Shown: positions 34,185-40,460 of the stretch, one piece after another
How the letters are laid out: each line of letters opens with the position of its first letter
Numbering within the stretch: the first letter of the stretch is position 1
Origin: a virus
DNA: 41,440 bases
Strand: one strand, 5' to 3'
IMG/VR virus record: IMGVR_UViG_3300002461_000793
Span: 1 to 41,440 of that record
Translations under genes and position numbers: made by a program
Notes under the pieces: model-generated
What the model was told of the DNA's origin: nothing
Database searches by the model: none
What the model saw: only the letters and a program-made list of their open reading frames with translations

Positions 34185-34975
34185 GCCAGGCTCCACCAGC
34201 GGAGACTGACAGACCCGTCCTTGATCTCTCTGAGGGTCTTGAAAAGCTCGTGCTCGCTCTCCCAGAGAACGTCAGGGGTTTGCGGGTAGCCTTCACCGAT
34301 GGCCTTGTTGTGGTATTCGACGCATCTTCCAGCATCCACCTTGTTGGGCTCGTACAGGTGGCTGTTGGCCATGGTCAGGTAGAGACTACCAGGCTCCACG
34401 GTTTGATCAAACCGGGAATCGTGGTTCAGCCTGCAGCAGACCAGATGCGCCAGCATGCTGAAGTTGAACACATCGTACGGAAAACCCAGCCACGCGTCTG
34501 ACGACCGCATGAACACATGTGCGTTCAGGTAGTTGTCTCTGACAGAGAAGAAGATGCTCACCGTGCACGGAACATCCTTTGTCTCAGGCGGGTTCTCTCG
34601 CCAGATGTTGATGCCGGCCTGACGCGAGTAGGGATCAGCGCAAAGCTTGCTGATAACATAATCCAGCTGCCCAACGATCTTGGGCCCGTACGCGCCGAAG
34701 AAGGTCTGGCCGTCGTCGGAGAAGTTGGCCATCCGACTGTTGTACGGCGCGATTGTCTCCACTCGATCATCACCAGTGAGGATCCAATGCGCCTCGGCCG
34801 CCATGAACCTGTAGTTCAGGCTCCTCAGCTGGTTGACTACCACCGGGTACCGCATGTTCATGACTACGGTATGGTGAAGAAGCTCCGTGCACGAAAAGCC
34901 CCTGGGGCGGGATGGAAGCCCCATCATCAGGATGGTGTTGAGAAGGTTTGCCCACACGTTGTTTGCTGTTCTCAT
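34181..34975 (-). CDS. ThyA-superfamily pyrimidine C5 transferase; predicted dCMP hydroxymethylase-like
   Basis: DVPCTVSIFFSVRDNYLNAHVFMRSSDAWLGFPYDVFNF aligns with T4 gp42 FMCTNTVQYLIRDKKINAVVNMRSNDVVFGFRNDYAW. Both have Cys-Thr, and both have Asp at the position that is Asn177 in ThyA. Confidence 0.8.
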   Translation of the reverse strand: MRTANNVWANLLNTILMMGLPSRPRGFSCTELLHHTVVMNMRYPVVVNQLRSLNYRFMAAEAHWILTGDDRVETIAPYNSRMANFSDDGQTFFGAYGPKIVGQLDYVISKLCADPYSRQAGINIWRENPPETKDVPCTVSIFFSVRDNYLNAHVFMRSSDAWLGFPYDVFNFSMLAHLVCCRLNHDSRFDQTVEPGSLYLTMANSHLYEPNKVDAGRCVEYHNKAIGEGYPQTPDVLWESEHELFKTLREIKDGSVSLRWWSLA

Positions 34976-34984
34976 GATTCTCTC

Positions 34985-35881
34985 CTAGATCATAGATATC
35001 AGTCTGTAAGGCCTGTCGAAGTGGAATCTCTTCCACGCCTGCGGGTGCGGCACCAGATCATGCTTGACCATCCTCTCAGTCAGCCTAGAGGAGGCGACAC
35101 GGCCCAGAGCGATGATGCGTCGAGTGCTGCCGTCGCCCAGCATCGACAGATCTTGATCCGAGTTCACCCAGAGAAGATCTTGCTCCTTCACGTTGGCAGA
35201 GGCCAGTTGCCTGGTGAGCCACCTGCTGCAACCAGCGTCGCCAAACGAGGCAAACGGCCACTGGTAGAAGGTGTCGTTGTCCTTGTGGTGTGCAAACTCG
35301 TCACCTACAAGAACCACGTTGGCCGCCAGGTTGCCAGCCGACCTGGTATGAAGAGGATGGCACGACCAGGATACCGCCGACAGTAGGTCTCCGTCCAACT
35401 CGCCTGTCTCGTAATCGTACAGCATCGTGGGAAGTTCTGACTTCACCTCGGCGTTGTAGATGTCGTAGACCTTAGACAGCTGAATGTCGTCATCCAGCAT
35501 CTCAGTGGCTCGCCTTGCCATGAAGTTGGCAATGCACACCTCCTTGTCAGGCAGGCACAACACCACCGAGGCCCCGCATCTCATGGCCAACCTCTCCAAC
35601 ATCCTGACGTCTGCCGGATCCAGCCTGTTGGCGCCACCACGGAACACGCGGCCGTAGGGAATCTCCGACAACCAGCATCGGTCAAGGACCACGTCCTGAT
35701 AGCCCATGAGAGCAGGCAGCATGGCCTCTACGTACATCCTGGCCAGCCCGAACGTAACACGCGGCATGGCTGGGAAGTGCACGTAGAGGGCGTTGTGCTT
35801 TACCCTCAGCTGATGGGCCAGTGTGGTCTTGCCAGCTCCATCAGGTCCTTCCACGATGTAGACTCTCTTGCAGGTCTCCAT
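34985..35881 (-). CDS. dNMP (thymidylate-like) kinase fused to a UDG-superfamily domain
   Basis: P-loop EGPDGAGKTTLA and DR motif VVLDRCWLSEIPYG. The C-terminal part, VVLVGDEFAHH..WPF..GDAGCSRWL..LLWVN..RIIALGRVA..VPHPQAW, follows family 4 UDG motif order (GEAPG..PF..G.AG..L..N..LG..HPS). Confidence 0.8.
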   Translation of the reverse strand: METCKRVYIVEGPDGAGKTTLAHQLRVKHNALYVHFPAMPRVTFGLARMYVEAMLPALMGYQDVVLDRCWLSEIPYGRVFRGGANRLDPADVRMLERLAMRCGASVVLCLPDKEVCIANFMARRATEMLDDDIQLSKVYDIYNAEVKSELPTMLYDYETGELDGDLLSAVSWSCHPLHTRSAGNLAANVVLVGDEFAHHKDNDTFYQWPFASFGDAGCSRWLTRQLASANVKEQDLLWVNSDQDLSMLGDGSTRRIIALGRVASSRLTERMVKHDLVPHPQAWKRFHFDRPYRLISMI

Positions 35882-35883
35882 GG

Positions 35884-36282
35884 CTACTCTCCAAGGATCT
35901 GGCGGATCTTGTGCTCAGGAGGAACGAAGCCCGGAGGCTTGACCACGTCAAACGAGGAACCTCGCTTCGAGGCATCGGCACTGGGCGTTCGCATCTTGCT
36001 CATGTTGGCGTTGTGCACCGCTGCAAACGCCTCATTCCACTGACCTGGGAAGACCCCCATGAAGAGAGCCGTCCCCATGGCGACGTAGGTCAGGTCAATG
36101 AGGGCATCGAGGGCCTTCACCTTGTCTCCAGCTTCGCAGGCTTCCTTGAACTCGGCCAGCTCCTCTTCGAGGAACCCAGTCCTGTACTTAAGAACCTCAG
36201 GATCGGAGAACAGAAGGTTGTCGTGGCCCAGAGGAAGGCAGAAAACCAAGTGAAACTCGTACACCTTGTCCATCTCAGTCAT
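35884..36282 (-). CDS. All-alpha MazG/HisE-like NTP pyrophosphohydrolase
   Basis: FLEEELAEFKEA...ALDALIDLTYVAMG...VHNANMSK (EExxE...D metal motif). ATG 36282 forms an ATGA overlap with the methyltransferase stop. Confidence 0.8.
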   Translation of the reverse strand: MTEMDKVYEFHLVFCLPLGHDNLLFSDPEVLKYRTGFLEEELAEFKEACEAGDKVKALDALIDLTYVAMGTALFMGVFPGQWNEAFAAVHNANMSKMRTPSADASKRGSSFDVVKPPGFVPPEHKIRQILGE

Positions 36283-37040
36283 TTCAGTCTCCTGCAAACC
36301 CAGAGATTGTTCCTGGAGTGGTCGGGGTACAACGGAGCGAAGATGCAGCTGATCGCGTCGTTGTCATAGTACTTGGCCAGTCGGTCCTTCACGGCTTTGA
36401 TGGCGGTCTCAATCTCCAAGTTATCATAGACCTTTCCAATGTGCTTGATGTCCATGAAGGTGCCGTGCCGCTGCTCCACCGTAAGCCCAGCCTTGAGCAC
36501 CGCCTTGTACAACTCATCCACCGTGTACTCGTGGATGTGGTTGGCGGCGTGGCGCTTGCCGTCGTAGCACGGGGTGGACATGAGCATGATACCACCAGGC
36601 TTCAGGCAGTTGAAGCAGGCCTTTAGCAACTTGGCACCGTGTTCCACCTTCATGTGCTCGATGACTTCATAGTGGACCACCACGTCGAAGCCCTTGGCGT
36701 TGTCTCCAGTCAGAAGATTCTTCCAGTTCTCGACGAAGTTGAACTCACCGTGGAACGTCAGGCGCTGGCTGTTGGAGGGCTTCAGCTTATTCAGATCCAC
36801 CCCGGTGTAGTGGCCAACGTGCGGAGCAGCGCCACCGGTCAGGATCTTGCTGAGAGGCCTGTCTTCGCCGCAGCCGATCTCCAGGACATTGTCCTTGGCG
36901 GTGATGAACCGGCGGGCGAAGCTCCAGCGGAAGAAATGGGCGGAGTAGTCCCGGTGCAGGGTACGCCCATGACCTGCCTCCCTCAGTTGAGTGGTGTCGT
37001 ATTCGCGAACGTCGCGTTGAACCTCACGTGTCTTTGGCAT
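36279..37040 (-). CDS. Class I SAM-dependent methyltransferase fold (small-molecule/O-MTase-like, not a classical DNA MTase)
   Basis: Motif I VLEIGCGEDRP preceded by HRDYSAHFFRWSFARRF. Post-motif GGIMLMSTP. No DPPY/NPPY or PCQ/ENV motifs. Confidence 0.85.
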   Translation of the reverse strand: MPKTREVQRDVREYDTTQLREAGHGRTLHRDYSAHFFRWSFARRFITAKDNVLEIGCGEDRPLSKILTGGAAPHVGHYTGVDLNKLKPSNSQRLTFHGEFNFVENWKNLLTGDNAKGFDVVVHYEVIEHMKVEHGAKLLKACFNCLKPGGIMLMSTPCYDGKRHAANHIHEYTVDELYKAVLKAGLTVEQRHGTFMDIKHIGKVYDNLEIETAIKAVKDRLAKYYDNDAISCIFAPLYPDHSRNNLWVCRRLK

Positions 37041-37053
37041 CGTAGTGTCCTCC

Positions 37054-37677
37054 TTAGGCCTTGGCTTCGGGAGGGTTCTTGCCCATCTTCTTCAGATGGT
37101 TGCGGTACCACTTGACGTAACCCTTCTTCTTGTCATCGAGGCCGAACTTCTCCTGGACCTTGGCGAAGATCTGGTCATCGGTCAGCTTGCCGGCCATGAT
37201 CAGGTCTTGGAACATCTGGGCAGCGGTGTCACGAGGCGCCTTGGTCTGGTTGTCGGACTTGGGCTGCTTGGCTGCCGGCTTCTCCTTGACTTCCTTCTTG
37301 GCCGGCGCGGGCTTCTTGGACGCCGTCTTGCTGGAGGCCTTCTTCTCTTCGGCCGCTTTGGCCACGTCCTTCTTCTTTGCAACTGCCATGTCAATCTCCT
37401 TCTGACTCAGTTTAACTACGGATGAAAGAAAGCCGATGGCTTCCTCTGTGGCACCGATGGTTCTGGCGTACGAAGCGTAGAGCTCTGCCGCCTTCTCGAT
37501 CGGGTACTCGAGCATCGGTCGATACCGACTGTCGAATTCTTCAACGGGCATTGATAGTACCACGAGGCCACTCTCAATGTCCAAAGGGATGTACTTCACG
37601 TCGTCAGACCTGTCTACCGCGATGCAGGTCCTGCGCTCCCTGTCCATACAGGGGATGGGGTTCCACTTCTTCACCAC
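37054..37677 (-). CDS. Lysine/alanine-rich (H1-like linker) protein with a conserved C-terminal domain (207 aa)
   Basis: AKKKDVAKAAEEKKASSKTASKKPAPAKKEVKEKPAAKQPK. The C-terminus MFQDLIMAGKLTDDQIFAKVQEKFGLDDKKKGYVKWYRNHLKKMG is paralogous to the end of the 37891..38358 protein. GTG start with GGGAGAG upstream. Confidence 0.65.
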   Translation of the reverse strand: MVKKWNPIPCMDRERRTCIAVDRSDDVKYIPLDIESGLVVLSMPVEEFDSRYRPMLEYPIEKAAELYASYARTIGATEEAIGFLSSVVKLSQKEIDMAVAKKKDVAKAAEEKKASSKTASKKPAPAKKEVKEKPAAKQPKSDNQTKAPRDTAAQMFQDLIMAGKLTDDQIFAKVQEKFGLDDKKKGYVKWYRNHLKKMGKNPPEAKA

Positions 37678-37898
37678 TCTGACTCTCCCGATAGTTGGTC
37701 GGCGATGACAGACAGGTCCAACAGGCCCTGCATCAAGGCCTTACCGTGGTCCGGCCAGTAGGTAGGCCCGTAGATCTGCCAGTTGATTTCAACCAAACCG
37801 CCCTTCTTGGTAACTCGGCCCTTGGGCTCACCATCCACTAGTAGCTGAAAGATGGCGACCCCATCGCGGCTAAGATCCTCAATCTGGATCTCAGCCAT
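37671..37898 (-). CDS. Hypothetical protein (75 aa)
   Basis: The ATG overlaps the upstream gene end by 8 nt. Same-strand coupling. Confidence 0.5.
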   Translation of the reverse strand: MAEIQIEDLSRDGVAIFQLLVDGEPKGRVTKKGGLVEINWQIYGPTYWPDHGKALMQGLLDLSVIADQLSGESEW

Positions 37899-38358
37899 TG
37901 GCCGACCCCTGGCGCTTCAGGAAGCCGCGGTACCAGGCGGGGTAGCCGCGCTTCTTGTTGTCCTGAAGGTTGAACTTCTCCTTGATGTGCTCCCAGATCT
38001 CCTTGTTGGTCTTGCCGGCAAGGATCATGGACTTGCAGATCTCGCCGATGCCTTCGCACGAGCGCACGGTCTTGTTCCGGGGACGGTCGTAGTTGCGGCC
38101 ACCGCCGGCGGACTTCTTCTCTTGCGCTTGGCCAGCCAGCGTGAGCAAGTCGTCGAAGGTGCCGACCACCTTCTTGGTAGCAGGCGCTTGGAGAGAGGCC
38201 AGGTGGGCCTCGGCGCGCGCGACTTGGCACGCGAAGGTACCATCAGTCAGCTTCTCGATAAAGAAGTTGTAGTCACGGGGCTTGATCCCGATCTTGCGCA
38301 GCACGGAGGTGGCAGAGTCGCGGGACTTGAAGATACGGACGGCGTCAGCAGATTTCAT
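37891..38358 (-). CDS. Basic protein sharing a C-terminal domain with the 37054..37677 protein (155 aa)
   Basis: Trimmed to ATG 38358 (GCTGAGGGT upstream). C-terminus: ICKSMILAGKTNKEIWEHIKEKFNLQDNKKRGYPAWYRGFLKRQG. Confidence 0.65.
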   Translation of the reverse strand: MKSADAVRIFKSRDSATSVLRKIGIKPRDYNFFIEKLTDGTFACQVARAEAHLASLQAPATKKVVGTFDDLLTLAGQAQEKKSAGGGRNYDRPRNKTVRSCEGIGEICKSMILAGKTNKEIWEHIKEKFNLQDNKKRGYPAWYRGFLKRQGSANG

Positions 38359-38394
38359 TTGGTTACCCTCAGCAAGGTAGTTGATTACGGGGTC

Positions 38395-38440
38395 ATTGTA
38401 GTGTGCAATGATCCCGTCGTACACAGTTACGCAACAACAT
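38395..38440 (-). promoter_or_regulatory. Conserved promoter-like element D
   Basis: Minus strand: GCGTAACTGTGTACGAC-N-TACAAT. TGTACG (38423..38418), a 17-nt spacer and TACAAT (38400..38395). It shares TAACTGTGTAC with element A. Confidence 0.55.
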
Positions 38441-38633
38441 TGAACCTGAAGTGCACCATCGCTTGGACGGCGCGCTCGCCAACGAACACGGGGAAGAACC
38501 GACCATCTTCGCCAGTCATGATGAAGTACTCAAGACCGTTGACGTTGGCCCAGGAGGATTCCTCAACCGCCTTGACGGCGTTCTTGCGGGTTGCGTAGGT
38601 CTTGACACCTTGAAGATTCAGAAGCTTTGCCAT
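38427..38633 (-). CDS. Hypothetical protein (68 aa)
   Basis: Trimmed to ATG 38633 (GCTGAGGGA upstream). It is the first gene after element C. Confidence 0.6.
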   Translation of the reverse strand: MAKLLNLQGVKTYATRKNAVKAVEESSWANVNGLEYFIMTGEDGRFFPVFVGERAVQAMVHFRFNVVA

Positions 38634-38681
38634 GATCGTATCCCTCAGCATCCCCGAGCAGAATTGCTCGAGCGTGAGTAC

Positions 38682-38722
38682 ATTATAGTGAGGTTCACAG
38701 CTGTTGTACACAACTATTTTCA
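38682..38722 (-). promoter_or_regulatory. Conserved promoter-like element C
   Basis: Minus strand: TTGAAAATAGTTGTGTACAAC-N-TATAAT. The first 21 nt are identical to element B. TGTACA (38710..38705), a 17-nt spacer and TATAAT (38687..38682). Confidence 0.65.
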
Positions 38723-40219
38723 ACTTCTGCGCAACTTTTTGAGGGCATCAAACAATGCCCTCTGCCCTTTGCTCTTCGACTTCAGCGCCGCATAGATGGC
38801 TGAATCAATGGTGTCTGCCGCCATCAGATAGTGAACAAACACCTTCGAGTGGTTGTTGCCCTGTCGCCACACGCGCCCAATGAACTGGTCGTGCATCTCC
38901 AGATCCCATGTGAGACTGTACCAGCAGATGTGATTGGCCGCGCCCTGAAGATTCAGTCCCCACCCAATGGACTGAGGCTGACCCAGAAGCAGAGGGATCT
39001 TGCCCTCGTTCCAGAGATCCTGCAGCTCCTTGGCTCGCTTGTGGCTGACACCGCCGCCGATGAACGGAACCCCTGGGAAAGCCTTGGTGATCCTCTCAAG
39101 GTCGTGGCCGAACTCGTACGCCACCAGCAGAGGGGAGCCTTGCAGCTCATCCACTAGCTCCTCCAACGCGGCGGTCTTGGCGTCGTGGACGTTCAGCCAC
39201 TCCTTCTTAGACGACGGAAGCTTGAACAGGGTCTTCACCTCCTCATCGACGTACACGCCGCCATTGGCCATCTGCCGGCACTTGGACGAGGCGGCGGCTG
39301 CGGTAGCTGCCGACACCCTACGATCCAAGATCCTGGTCACCAGGTCATCCTGCACCTCGGTGTAATATCTCATTACATCTCCAGGAAGCTCGACCTTGAT
39401 CTTGTTCTCAATCAGGTCTGGCATGTCAAGATAATCTTCTGACGACATCCTCAGAGCCAGAGGAGCCACCCTGTCGTAGATGATCTTGTCGTGCCCTTCC
39501 TTCAAGGTCCAGGAGAATCCGTCCCAACCCTGGTCGAAGTGCTCCTGCCTGAACTTGGTGATGAACCTGCCAAGAGCCTTGCCGCCGTCCAAGATATAGC
39601 ACTGAGCAAACAGGTTGATAAGTCCGTTGGCTGCCGGCGACCCAGTCAGGCCCCATCGACGAGGTATGTACTTGATGGCCTCCTTCATGAGGGAGAACCT
39701 GCCGGTGTTGGTGTTCTTGAACTTGGAGAGTTCATCAATGATCAGAAGGTCGATGCCGAGGTCCCTGACTCTCTTGGCGTCAATCTCGTACACCGTCTTC
39801 TCTTTACCAGCTCGATTGGTGAACTTGGTCTTCTTGACGTTGAACAGCCACTCGAGGCCCTCGGGGTTTATGACGAAGATGTCAGCATCCTCGGCAAGGA
39901 GCGCGTCTTTCTTGGGCCCATGCAAAACCACCAGCTTCAGTCCGGCGAAATCCTTCCACTTCTTCACCTCAGCCGGCCACACGCTGTGACAGACTCGGAC
40001 CGGAGCGATGACAAAGATCCGACGAATGATCTTCTTTTTCTTGAGTATGAGGGCCGCACCCAGCGAGATGCTAGTCTTTCCCAGACCTGGATCTAAGAAG
40101 AGCGCAGACGCGGCTCGCTCGATCAAGAACTTCATTGCTTTCTTTTGGTACCCGGCGGGCACCCACTGCAAGCCTTCTTCTACAGGCTTCGATAACGGCT
40201 TGGAACGCGTCAGCGACAT
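38720..40219 (-). CDS. SNF2-family helicase/translocase
   Basis: Motif I DPGLGKTS, motif II LLIIDELSKF, motif VI QFIGRVWRQGN. ATG 40219 is preferred (GGAGG 9 nt upstream). An alternative ATG lies at 40240. Confidence 0.9.
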   Translation of the reverse strand: MSLTRSKPLSKPVEEGLQWVPAGYQKKAMKFLIERAASALFLDPGLGKTSISLGAALILKKKKIIRRIFVIAPVRVCHSVWPAEVKKWKDFAGLKLVVLHGPKKDALLAEDADIFVINPEGLEWLFNVKKTKFTNRAGKEKTVYEIDAKRVRDLGIDLLIIDELSKFKNTNTGRFSLMKEAIKYIPRRWGLTGSPAANGLINLFAQCYILDGGKALGRFITKFRQEHFDQGWDGFSWTLKEGHDKIIYDRVAPLALRMSSEDYLDMPDLIENKIKVELPGDVMRYYTEVQDDLVTRILDRRVSAATAAAASSKCRQMANGGVYVDEEVKTLFKLPSSKKEWLNVHDAKTAALEELVDELQGSPLLVAYEFGHDLERITKAFPGVPFIGGGVSHKRAKELQDLWNEGKIPLLLGQPQSIGWGLNLQGAANHICWYSLTWDLEMHDQFIGRVWRQGNNHSKVFVHYLMAADTIDSAIYAALKSKSKGQRALFDALKKLRRS

Positions 40220-40460
40220 TGTCGTGAACCTCCACCTCATATCCCAGCGATGTTAGGAACTCATGGATCTCTTTCTGCTTTGGCCGCGGGAGTTCGCCAA
40301 GCCTCTTGAATTCTACCAAGAACGGACTCCCATTAGGGAGCCAAAATATCCTGTCAGGGAATCCGTTCTCAAAAAACCTGACCTTTGAATTCTTCACGCC
40401 GAGATGCTTCCAACAAAGATAGCAGGTTGTCTCTTCAACGTAGGCTTCCTTGTGCTTCAC
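40071..40460 (-). CDS. VRR-NUC nuclease
   Basis: GFPDRIFWLPNGSPFLVEFKRLG (D...ExK). GTG start in a GTGA overlap with the exonuclease stop. The Arg-rich C-terminal ~50 aa overlap the SNF2 start in another frame. Confidence 0.75.
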   Translation of the reverse strand: MKHKEAYVEETTCYLCWKHLGVKNSKVRFFENGFPDRIFWLPNGSPFLVEFKRLGELPRPKQKEIHEFLTSLGYEVEVHDNVADAFQAVIEACRRRLAVGARRVPKESNEVLDRASRVCALLRSRSGKD

